NCBI RefSeq assembly: GCF_006345805.1
Contig: NW_021823735.1
Span: 1-21,427, forward strand
DNA: 21,427 bases
From: Octopus sinensis
Taxonomy: Eukaryota
Reading direction: 5' to 3'
Position numbers and translations under genes: made by a program. Position 1 is the stretch's first letter. Each line of letters begins with the position of its first letter. The notes under the pieces were generated by a model that saw nothing but the letters and a program-made list of their open reading frames with translations, did not search any database and was not told where the DNA came from. Shown piece after piece: positions 1 through 9,452 of this stretch.

Positions 1-338
1 CTAGCTGCATTCCCCATGTATCATAAATGTATGGAACGGGCACAAATAATTAAAATAAAAGCATATGAAAATTAGGTTTCGACATCCCAGACGGAACTGC
101 GTAACTCAAGGAACTTTCAAGTGGATTTCTGTCCTTATAATTTCTGTCAGATGGGGAACTCAGCTGGTGCTTACCAACTTGTTTGTATTAATCACTCCCG
201 GAACCACAAAGACAAATTGTTAACTACTCAACAAAGCCCTTACACAGCTTCATTATTGGACACAATAATGTCTGTTTGTCTGTCTACTCGTATCTGTGTG
301 TGAGTGTGTGTGTTTGTAAGTATATTTGCTTTAACTTC

Positions 339-684
339 GGATCTTTTCACTTTGACCGGCAGATTTTAAAAATAATTTCTATGTAACTAAAAAATTTTGA
401 ACTTCGTATACTGGTAGAATGTGTTTATAAAAACATTTTCATATGACGCCGCCAGAAAATGTTACGGCAGATATCGTTTGCACCTCAGTAGACGTCATTG
501 ATTGGTTGAAATTGTCGAAATGCAAGAAATTAAACAACAAATATCTTACAAACTACAGAATTTTCTCAAGAAAGCCAAGAGAAAAAGAGGTTTTATAAAC
601 ACATTCTACCAGTATACGAAGTTTAAAAATTTTTAGTTACATAGAAATTATTTGAAAAATCTTCCGGTCAAAGTGAAAAGATCC
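339..684. mobile_element. MITE with ~95-bp terminal inverted repeats and 8-bp TSD (Merlin-like by termini)
   Basis: Begins GGATCTTTTCACTTTGACCGG (339) and ends CCGGTCAAAGTGAAAAGATCC (684). Arms ~339-433 and ~591-684 are near reverse complements. TTAACTTC is duplicated at 331-338 and 685-692. GG termini with an 8-bp TSD fit Merlin; hAT or P is not excluded. Confidence 0.85.
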
Positions 685-829
685 TTAACTTCAACATGAA
701 GAACATATGATTCTCTGTTTGCATTGCATCTTGTATTTGCTGATTCACCGTTATCTTTCTGCCTCTTCATTGGTCATTTGTTCGATGAGAAATGTTGTGC
801 ATTCATCTTGTACTCCTCCTCCTGTGTTG

Positions 830-831
830 TG

Positions 832-891
<60 letters not shown>

Positions 892-919
892 ATGTATGTA
901 TATATATATATAATATATG

Positions 920-956
<37 letters not shown>

Positions 957-995
957 GTTGTATACATAAATGTAGTATGTATGTATGTATGTATG

Positions 996-1040
<45 letters not shown>
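830..1040. repeat. (TA)n/(TATG)n microsatellite
   Basis: Directly visible. Confidence 0.95.
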
Positions 1041-1043
<3 letters not shown>

Positions 1044-1248
1044 GTGAAATAGAAAGATGAATAATCTTGTAGTAGATTAATCAAAAGTTTAACCGATACC
1101 TTAGTAGCAAAATCACAGCAGTAAACAGCACGGTTGGAGGTACAACCATATGGTGTTGCAACCGTGCGTTGGTGCGGATAATTGAAATTAAAACATTATT
1201 GGTGAATTGAAGAAATGGAGTTGAACGCAGATTGACAGAAATCGTTTA

Positions 1249-1334
1249 TTTCATTCTACACGTGTTTCGAAAGGCACAAATTACAAAATCCGATTGATAT
1301 TGGACCATATTGTGTCTTTCTCTTCAGGAAGAAA
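1249..1334 (-). ncRNA. type I hammerhead ribozyme (left arm of palindrome)
   Basis: Minus strand reads UUUCUUC-CUGAAGA-GAAAGACACAA...UUGUGCCUUUC-GAAAC-ACGU-GUA-GAAUGAAA: intact core, helix II, palindromic helix III and helix I. Confidence 0.8.
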
Positions 1335-1519
1335 AAAGAAATCCGTTGGAAAAACAAAAAACAGAACAGAGGCGGAGCAAAAACAAAAACAAATCGAACT
1401 ATGCTCCTAAGAGCCCATGGCGAAAGAGTTTCGCCATGGGCTCTTAGGAGCATAGTTCGATTTGTTTTTGTTTTTGCTCCGCCTCTGTTCTGTTTTTGTT
1501 TTTTCCAACGGATTTCCTT

Positions 1520-1606
1520 TTTCTTCCTGAAGAGAAGACACAATATGGTCCCAATATTCAATCGGATTTTGGTAATTTGTGCCTTCGAAACACGTGTAGA
1601 ATGAAA
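1520..1606 (+). ncRNA. type I hammerhead ribozyme (right arm of palindrome)
   Basis: TTTCTTC (1520-1526), CTGAAGA (1527-1533), helix II GAAGACACAA/TTGTGCCTTC, GAAAC (1587-1591), ACGT, GTA (predicted cut after 1598), GAATGAAA. Confidence 0.8.
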
Positions 1607-1667
1607 TAAAACGATTTCTGTTCAATCTGCGTTCAACTCCATTTCTTCAATTCACCAATAATGTTTT

Positions 1668-1700
1668 CTATATATATATATAATATATATATATATATAT

Positions 1701-1752
<52 letters not shown>

Positions 1753-1785
1753 TACATACATACATACAATACATACATACGTATA
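1668..1785. repeat. (TA)n/(CATA)n microsatellite
   Basis: Directly visible. Confidence 0.95.
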
Positions 1786-1954
1786 TACAAATATTCTATA
1801 ATTATAAACAATTAAAATTAGGGGGCAGCTAATTGCTTCGCCGCGCACCGAATTTAGATATACCTTTTCCGCTACCATAAATATCTCCCGGACAGTAACA
1901 CACTTTCTTACGTAGACAAAATGAAAAAATAACGAATCCACACGACTCAGATTA

Positions 1955-2018
1955 GCTTCATACGCGTTTCGGGATTAAAGTAAAGTTATATTTACTTATT
2001 TCCCATCTTCAGTGCGGC
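1955..2018 (-). ncRNA. minimal type I hammerhead ribozyme
   Basis: Minus strand: GCCGCA-CUGAAGA-U-GGGA.AAGUAAA/UUUACUU.UCCC-GAAAC-GC-GUA-UGAAGC. Helix I has two mismatches; helix III is the palindrome ACGCGU. Confidence 0.7.
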
Positions 2019-2139
2019 ATTTCAAATATCAATTTGAGCGTTAGAGGGTTAAATATGTACGCGATCTAGCGTCATCGCGTAACTGAAATTTAACCAGCAC
2101 TTCCCAAAATATTATTGAAATATATATATATATATATTT

Positions 2140-2228
2140 CTTCCCTTCTTTCCTGAGCGTCCAATAATACTTTATTTGTTCCACATCCTTGCGTTGTTGT
2201 CTTTTTGTTTTCTTGTTTGGATTAACTT

Positions 2229-2229
<1 letters not shown>
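2140..2229 (+). repeat. ~90-bp dispersed repeat embedded in (TA)n (copy 1), probable retroelement 3' end
   Basis: TTTCCTGAGCG..AATAATACT..TTGTTCCA..GTTGTT..GTTTGGATTAA is shared with 6822-6914. Confidence 0.55.
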
Positions 2230-2260
<31 letters not shown>

Positions 2261-2502
2261 CATGTGTTTGTGTATTTATTTGATACAGTATATATAGTTT
2301 AGAGTTCTATTATAGGTAGAATCAACAAAAAGGTACCCTATTAAGTGAGAGATATCATTTAATTCATGCAATTACAAAAGGGCTACTTATAGTTTCATGC
2401 TTGTAAGATACGTTAAATTGGCAAGCCGTGTTTCCCAAAGCAATCTCTGAGGCTCAGTTCATAACATTGGATGTATCTAAAAACACATTAACATGCAAGG
2501 AC

Positions 2503-2842
2503 GCACACACACACACACACACACACACCACACACACACACACACACTCACATACGCAAACACACACTTACATATACACAGACAGATTATTTAAAGATGT
2601 ATATCAATGTGAATTACAAGCTGAAGAAGGATTAACTATACATTGCTAATATGAAGTCGTGTTAAGATAATGTTTGGGGGTTCTTTTTTTGTCCACGTCA
2701 GAAACAAATCTACATGTGTATATATGTGTGTGTATATGTATGTATAAATGTATGGATGGATAGATGGATGTGTGTGTATATATGTACATATCTGTATGGG
2801 CGTGTGTATGTACGCGCGGGTATATATATGTTTGTGTGTGTG

Positions 2843-2873
<31 letters not shown>

Positions 2874-2934
2874 CTGTAATTTCGTTGAACTCGCATATAA
2901 TTATGATTTATGTATACTTTTATGTTAGTGTGCT

Positions 2935-2983
<49 letters not shown>

Positions 2984-3000
2984 GTGTGTGTGTGTGTGCG
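2503..3000. repeat. (CA)n/(TG)n microsatellite cluster
   Basis: Visible at 2503-2580, 2715-2870 and 2940-3000. Confidence 0.9.
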
Positions 3001-3491
3001 TGTGTTATTGTATGACTGCAGCTATAAGACATACCAAAACCACAACGACAGTAAACACAATAAGTACATAACGACATCCGTTGAAATGGAAACCCTAGTA
3101 GGGTCGATAATTAACTTTCAGCAACGCAGCGGCAGATTAGAAGTGACAGCCTTCCATACAACACCGTGTACTTCAAAGAAAATCACGTTTCCTTCAGACG
3201 CAGTAACAACATCATCAGTAAGCCGCGACAAACAACATCGTTACAACAATACGTTGGACAACAAAAGTACTTATTCGAACAAAAACAAAAAAATACAAAA
3301 TAAAAAAGAGGAAAATTCTGGTTCCTAATAATTGACGAAAATCATAACTATATTTTCGAACAAATACTCAAAGGCCTGGGAATTAACTAGGGCAGTGATC
3401 TTGACTCTTTCTATGCACCTTGGACCAGTCTCATGCAAGAAGACAATTATTTCACGGGACGGAGAAAGCGCAATAAAGTGCATAATATACT

Positions 3492-3788
3492 CACTCTTTC
3501 ATATCTCTTTTGCTTGCTTCAGTCATTTAACTGCGGCCATGCTGGAGCACCGCCTTTAGTCGAACAACTCGATCCCCAGGACTTATTCTTTGTAAGCCTA
3601 GTACTTATTCTATCGGTCTCTTTTGCCGAACCGCTAAGTGACGGGGACGAAAGCACACCAGCATCGGTTGTCAAGCAATGTTGGGGGGGACAAACACACA
3701 CACATACACACACACACAACACACACACACACATACACACACACCACACACACATATATATATATATATTATATATATATATATATAT

Positions 3789-3831
<43 letters not shown>

Positions 3832-3992
3832 GATATATACGACGGTCTTCTTTCAGTTTCCGTCTACCAAATCCATTCACAAGGTTTAGCCGCCCGAGGC
3901 TATAGTAGAAGACACTTGCCCAAAGTGCCACGCAGTGGGACTGAACCCGGAACCATGTGGTTCGTAAGCAAGCAACTTACCACACAACCACT
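3492..3992 (-). mobile_element. tRNA-derived SINE, family A (internal microsatellite)
   Basis: Reverse complement of the copy at 10930-11340: A/B-box-like head (TGTGTGGTAAG..GGTTCAGTCCC), internal (TA)/(TG) tract, tail ...GGCGGTGCTCCAGCATGGCCGCAG. Confidence 0.85.
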
Positions 3993-4187
3993 ATTTTCTA
4001 CTCTAGGCATAAGGCCCGAAATTTTGGGAAAGGGGGCCAGTTGATTATATCGACCCCAGTATGCAACTGATACTTAATTTATCAACACCGAAAATATGAA
4101 AGGCAAAGTCGACCTCGGCGGAATCTGAACTCAGAACACCGTTAAGCATTTCGCCCGTCGTTCTAACGTTTTTGTCAGTTCGCCGCC
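3993..4187 (-). mobile_element. tRNA-derived SINE, family B (tail variant 1)
   Basis: Shares GGCGGCG head, GAGTTCA B-box and GAGGTCGACTTTGCCTTTCA core with 12924-13137 and 16603-16836. Confidence 0.8.
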
Positions 4188-4371
4188 TTATTATTATTAT
4201 TATTATTATTACGCGAATAATGCATGTATATTACAAACAGAGGTGCAGGCATGGTTGTGTGATGATGATGATGATGATGATGACGACGACGATGATGTTG
4301 TTAACGATGGTGATAACGATGATGTTGATGATGATGATGGAGATGATGTGATGGTGGTGATGGTGGTGATA

Positions 4372-4422
<51 letters not shown>

Positions 4423-4725
4423 GTGCTGGTGGTGATAATAGTGATGCTGCTGCTGCTGATGATGATGATGAGGAGGAGGAGGATGGTGATGATGATGATG
4501 ATGATGGAGATGATGATGGTGATGGTGATGATGGTGGTGGTGATGGTGGTGTCGGTGATGATGATGATGGTCATTACCATCATCATGATGGTGATGCATA
4601 TGATGATGATGATGATGACAGCAATCATGATATTGTGATGCGCAGATTTGACCTTGAGTGGTCATCATCTCATCATCATCATCATCATCATCATCATCAC
4701 GACGACGACGACGTCTATGACGATT
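4188..4725. repeat. (ATT)n, degenerate (GAT/GGT)n and (CAT)n trinucleotide tracts
   Basis: Directly visible. Confidence 0.9.
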
Positions 4726-4984
4726 ATCTGATGATAAGCACGTCTCTCTTGTTGCTGACGAGTATGATGAAGAACAAACAAATAAAAAAAACAACGAAAA
4801 TAATGGAACAATTTAAAAGTACAAGACGTTTCCTTGCTAAATTCTAGTTTCTTCATCTCTACATCTAGGTTGTTGTTGCTGTTGTTGTTGTCTGCTGCTG
4901 TTGTTGTTGTCTGCTGCTGTTGTTGTTGTCTGCTGCTGCTGCTTGTTTGTTTGTTTGTTTGTTAGTTTGTTGAGCGAAGCGGTA

Positions 4985-5333
4985 TTCGTCCCATTAGTGG
5001 AAGAAGTCCGAAACGTGGTCCTTTGCTATTCGTAAGACCCGCAGAAGAGAAAGCAGGTCAACCCCCGACACCGAGAACTTCGACGGATGGATGAATGCGC
5101 ATCCGGGCTCAGCGGTTGCATAGGAAGTCGGGGGACAAGAAACAGGAAGAAAGAGTGAGAGAATGTTGGGAGCGAAAGAGTACAACAGGGGTCGCCACCA
5201 CCCCCTGCCGCAGCCTCGTGGAGCTTTAGGTGTTTTCGTTCAATAAACACACACAACGCCCGGTCTGGGAATCGAAACCGCGATCCTCCGACCGCGAGTC
5301 CGCTGCCCTAACCACTGGACCATTGCGCCTCCA
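4985..5333 (-). mobile_element. tRNA-derived SINE, family C head with alternative tail
   Basis: 5138-5333 matches 14485-14674 (head TGGAGGCGCAATGG..CAGTGGTTAGGGCAGCGG..GGTTTCGATTCCC). 4985-5137 is unrelated to the tail of the other copy; its left boundary is approximate. Confidence 0.75.
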
Positions 5334-5429
5334 CTGCTGCTGCTGTTGTTGTTGTTGCTGTGCCTGACCTTGTTGTCCCGCCTTTTTTTTTATCATTATC
5401 AAATCTTTCATCGCTATAATCAGTTATAA

Positions 5430-5662
5430 AATCATCATCATCATCGTCGCCATCAGCATTGTCGATAATGTTGATGTCGTTGCTGTCGTTATTATCATCG
5501 TTATTATCCCTGTTCTCGACAGTGAAGTTATCCAGCGTCATTACCATCATCATCATCATTGTCATCGTCATCGTCGTCGTCACCAGCAGCAGCATCATTG
5601 TCATCATTATCATCGTCATCATCGTTATTATCATCACCGTCGTCGTCGTCGTCTTCATCATC

Positions 5663-5721
<59 letters not shown>

Positions 5722-6075
5722 AACAGTCATCGTTGTCGTCGTCGTATTCGTCATCATCATCATCGTCATCATCATCATCATTATCATCATCATCATTATC
5801 ATCATCATCGTCGTCGTCGCCATCGTCATCATCATCATCATCATAACAGTCATCGTCGTCGTCGTCGTATTCGTCATCGGCATCATACTCATCGTCATCA
5901 TTATCATCATCGTGGTTACCATCATCATCATCGTCGACGTCGTCATCGTCATCATCACCAGTAGCAGCAGCATCGACATCATCACCATCGTCATCATTGT
6001 AGTCGTAGTCGTCATCATCATCGTCGTCGTCGTGGTCGTCGTCGTCGTCATTGTCACCATCATCATCATCATCAC
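5430..6075. repeat. long degenerate (CAT/CGT)n trinucleotide tract
   Basis: Directly visible; source of the poly-I/M/D pseudo-ORFs. Confidence 0.95.
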
Positions 6076-6217
6076 CATACGCTATTCCCCTAACAATACC
6101 TCTCTGTTCAACTGTCAAGACTGCCAAACTTATCGTTTCTGTCGCCCTCGTTTTGTCTTCGTCGTCTTATATATCACTGAAGACGTCTTTTCACTCTTCC
6201 TCCTATTCTATGCCAGT

Positions 6218-6218
6218 A

Positions 6219-6282
<64 letters not shown>

Positions 6283-6320
6283 CATTATTATTATTATCAT
6301 TATTATTATTATTATTATTA

Positions 6321-6378
<58 letters not shown>

Positions 6379-6413
6379 CATTATTATTATTATCATTATT
6401 ATTATTATCATTA

Positions 6414-6451
<38 letters not shown>

Positions 6452-6520
6452 TTATTATTATTATCATTATCATTATCAGTATTATTATTATTATTATAAT
6501 TATTATTATTATTATTTTTA
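6218..6520. repeat. (ATT)n/(ACT)n microsatellite
   Basis: Directly visible. Confidence 0.95.
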
Positions 6521-6634
6521 TCATTGTTGTTGTTGTGTTTGTTACTGTGCCTGTTGCTGCATTCATTGTGATCATCATTTTCCTTTTTTAGCTATTTCTG
6601 GTGCTTTTCACATGTGTGTGTGTCCGTGTTTGTA

Positions 6635-6664
6635 TGTATCTATCTATGTATTAATCTATCTATG

Positions 6665-6703
<39 letters not shown>

Positions 6704-6743
6704 ATATATAATATAATATATTATATATATATATATATATATA

Positions 6744-6795
<52 letters not shown>

Positions 6796-6908
6796 TATAT
6801 ATATATATATATATATAGATAAAGTGCTTCCATTTCCTGAGCGCCTATTAATAATAATACTGTAATTGTTCCATGTTGTGTGTTGTTTTTTTGTTTCCCG
6901 TTTGGATT

Positions 6909-6945
<37 letters not shown>

Positions 6946-7070
6946 TGAGAGGAGGAGGAGAGAGATTGAGTATAGATTAGAGATAGATTATAGATAGATA
7001 GATAGATAGTAGATAGATAGATAGATAGATATGTATAGATGATATATATATATATAGATATATATATGAC

Positions 7071-7125
<55 letters not shown>

Positions 7126-7150
7126 AGAGATAGATACATAGATAGATTGA
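6635..7150. repeat. (TATC)n, (TA)n and (GATA)n microsatellites
   Basis: Directly visible; interrupted by the 6822-6914 repeat. Confidence 0.9.
6822..6914 (+). repeat. ~90-bp dispersed repeat embedded in (TA)n (copy 2)
   Basis: Similar to 2140-2229. Confidence 0.55.
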
Positions 7151-7297
7151 TACATCAGCCGAAATTGCGAAAATGATCCGGTTTTTGACTGAAGATCGAA
7201 GGCTTCGAATGTCCCGTCCGTTTTTTTGTATCGTCTTCTAAATGTTTTGCGTTCTTGTCCCAGTTTGTGTTTTTTTACATTTATCCTATATATATAT

Positions 7298-7349
7298 GAG
7301 CTTCCTGATGATTTCTTTTGAATGAAACAGTTCTAGTCCTGTCTAGCTC
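7298..7349 (+). ncRNA. degenerate type I hammerhead motif
   Basis: GAGCT.TC-CTGATGA-T.TTC TTTT GAA.T-GAAACAG TTCTAGTC CTGTC-T.AGCTC. Core and helix III are good; helix I and II closing pairs are broken. Confidence 0.45.
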
Positions 7350-7368
7350 CTTCTATAAAATATATATA

Positions 7369-7400
<32 letters not shown>

Positions 7401-8410
7401 CCATGAACACGCTTACATTCGTGTGGATACGCATCTTTTTTGTATTGATTTTTAGTAGTAGTAGTAGTAGTAGTAGCAGTAGTAGAAGAAGAAGCAGACC
7501 TGGCGCCAGCTTGATCCATTTGTCATCGCTGACAAACAGCCATACAGAGACCAAAATTGGCGGCTTTATCTAAAGTTAAATCTGGTTTCAATTTCTGGGC
7601 GAAGAAAATACAAGGGATAGGGGAAAGAAGAAAAAGAAAAAGAAAGAAGATAAATAGAGAAGATTTAAAGAAAATCAAAAGGAAAAAAGGGATATGCAAA
7701 GAAGCTAAAAAGAATATGAAGAAAGCCAGGAATTTCGGTTTAAAACTTAGGAAAACATAAGAGCTAAGCAGTCATTTCCTCGTCATTACAGACACCGAAA
7801 ACACGATTCGCCTCTGGTTTTTCTAGTGGTTACTGCTGTTGTTTTTGCAAATAATATGGAAGATTTTTTTAAGCAGTAGTAGTAGTAGTAGTAGTTGTAG
7901 TTCTCATTCTTGTTGTTGTTGTTTCTGCTGTGGTGCCTGACGTTTTTTTATTTTTCATTTTTTCCCTTTTTTTCATCTTTTTTTTTTTGGTGCGGAGTGG
8001 TTCCCCACCATATGTTAGTTTGATATTTATGTCCGAAGATTAGGGATCTTTAAAAGAGGTAAATGTGTTTAGTTGAGAAATACTGAAGAGCAACATCCCG
8101 GAGACCCTTCTTTCTTTCTTTCTTTATTTATTTATTTCTTTCTTTATTTATTTCTTTATTCATATATTTATTTGTTTTTGGCGTCTGCTTTTCTTTTACG
8201 TTCTTCTGTTCTTGATCACATATCTGATTTATAGTACGGCACAGCGAGGTGATGATGAGGTGAGTGTCGCTGATATTACAGACAGTAGCAGAACTGTACG
8301 GATTTTATTCGTTACACCCGTCACAGCTACATTCTGAGTCTACCTTACTAACGAGGAAGGACCTCTCCTCCTCTACGTACTCGTTAAATTTGCTAGAAAC
8401 AACAACTACA

Positions 8411-8655
8411 TACAGTTCTATATTTAAGAGATCAGGAATTATATACATTATTAACATTATTTACATTTGACGGATATTTCTCCTCATCTTGTTTGTTCTT
8501 AACACAACGTTTCGGCTGATATACCCTCCAGCCTTCATCAGGTGTCTTGGGGAAATTTCGAACCTGGGTTCTCATTCCTAAGGTTGTTTTCGATGTTGTT
8601 GTTGTTGTTGTTATTATTGTCACTGACTGGAATCGAACTCGGAATATTGGGGTTA
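8411..8655 (-). mobile_element. tRNA-head + hammerhead-tail element, inverted 5'-truncated copy
   Basis: Reverse complement aligns to ~8692-8938: B-box GAGTTCGATTCC, (AAC/AAT)n spacer, CCTTAGGAATGAGAACC...CAGCCGAAACGTTGTGTT...ATCCGTCAAATGTAAATAATG. Confidence 0.75.
8501..8546 (-). ncRNA. minimal type I hammerhead ribozyme
   Basis: Minus strand: GACAC-CUGAUGA-A-GGCUG GAGGGUAUAU CAGCC-GAAA-CG-UU-GUGUU. Helices I and II are fully paired; palindromic AACGUU forms helix III. Confidence 0.7.
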
Positions 8656-8656
8656 A

Positions 8657-8771
8657 GAGCATATGGCGTAGTGGTTAAGAGAGCGGGCTACTAACGCCAA
8701 GATTACGAGTTCGATTCCAGGCAGTAACCTGAATAATAATAATAATGATAATAATAATAGTAATAATGATG

Positions 8772-8812
<41 letters not shown>

Positions 8813-8938
8813 CGAAAAATACCTTAGGAATGAGAACCAAGATTCGAAAATTCCCCAAAGGGTCTATCAGCCGAAACGTTGTGTTAGCAACAAACAAGAT
8901 GAGGACAAATATCCGTCAAATGTAAATAATGTAAATAA
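8657..8938 (+). mobile_element. tRNA-head + hammerhead-tail element, forward copy (ribozyme core deleted)
   Basis: A-box-like TGGCGTAGTGG (8664-8674), B-box GAGTTCGATTCC (8707-8718), (AAT)n 8732-8812. The tail lacks the 19 nt GACACCTGATGAAGGCTGG at 8858/8859. Confidence 0.75.
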
Positions 8939-9243
8939 CAAACACATTTTCATCAATTCATACAACTCTCCTTTAAGCAGTTGCGAATGTAATGCAGTTC
9001 ACAATGTCGAGTTTCTCCAAGGACCTTTTTGTCCATCATTAAACTTTCGTAGGACCTCGGTTTCCTGTCGTACCTTTGCCGATAGCTTCAAATTTAGTTA
9101 AATGAATCTGCATAAGATATTTAACGTTTGATATACTTCCCCTTATTTTTCTACTTGTGAAGTCATTCACTCATAAATATCATCACACAACATGGACTAA
9201 CATTTCTTTTTAAGAAAATACATATTCAAATAAGTAAGCTTTA

Positions 9244-9278
9244 ATATCATGAATAGCGAAAGCGAAACTGGTCGATAT
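9244..9278 (+). ncRNA. degenerate ultra-short hammerhead motif
   Basis: ATATC-ATGAATA-GC GAAA GC-GAAAC TG GTC-GATAT. All helices are in register, but the core box has two substitutions relative to CTGAAGA. Confidence 0.4.
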
Positions 9279-9452
9279 ATTAAAAATTATATTAAAAACT
9301 ATGTAAAGTGTGTGTATTTTCCTTTTTTAATTCCTTATATATATTACAAATCACCACGTGGGGATAATCGAAATTCCTCCTTTTCTGTTACAACTATATA
9401 TATATATATATATATACATACACACACACACTCACGCATATATATTGATATT

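Larger units (their letters stand above)
1041..1667 (-). mobile_element. Penelope-like element (PLE)/retrozyme terminus with 5' inverted duplication (palindrome 1190-1667), inserted in a (TA)n tract
   Basis: Arms 1190-1425 and 1429-1667 are inverted around a 3-nt GAG spacer, and each carries a hammerhead motif. The minus-strand unit continues to 1041. Both flanks are (TA)n. Confidence 0.65.

Noticed and set aside
707-1084. YI/IY-rich ORFs here, and similar CV/HT/YI ORFs across the window
   Set aside because: Translations of (TA)n, (TG)n and (CA)n microsatellites with no coding signal.
1256-1625. Mirror-image ORFs on both strands
   Set aside because: A consequence of the palindrome; frames are not preserved between arms.
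2622-2665. CTGAAGA followed by a weak stem (hammerhead-like)
   Set aside because: No GAAA box, helix III or helix I.
3182-3222. CUGAUGA...GAAACGU on the minus strand
   Set aside because: No helix II or helix I pairing.
5005-5025. GAAACGTGGTC half-hammerhead
   Set aside because: No upstream CTGANGA box, and it is antisense to the SINE.
4209-6716. Long poly-His/Met/Ile/Asp/Leu ORFs up to 346 aa
   Set aside because: Stop-free frames of trinucleotide microsatellites, open on both strands.
7497-7760. Lys-rich ORF (+) and a possible minus-strand exon (KLKPDLTLDKAANFGLCMAVCQR)
   Set aside because: Purine-rich low complexity and a short frame with a stop; no recognisable homology.
8657-8731. Functional tRNA gene (also the heads at 5260-5333 and 14600-14674)
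   Set aside because: A/B boxes are present but there is no convincing acceptor stem, and each is fused to a repeat body, so these are SINE heads.
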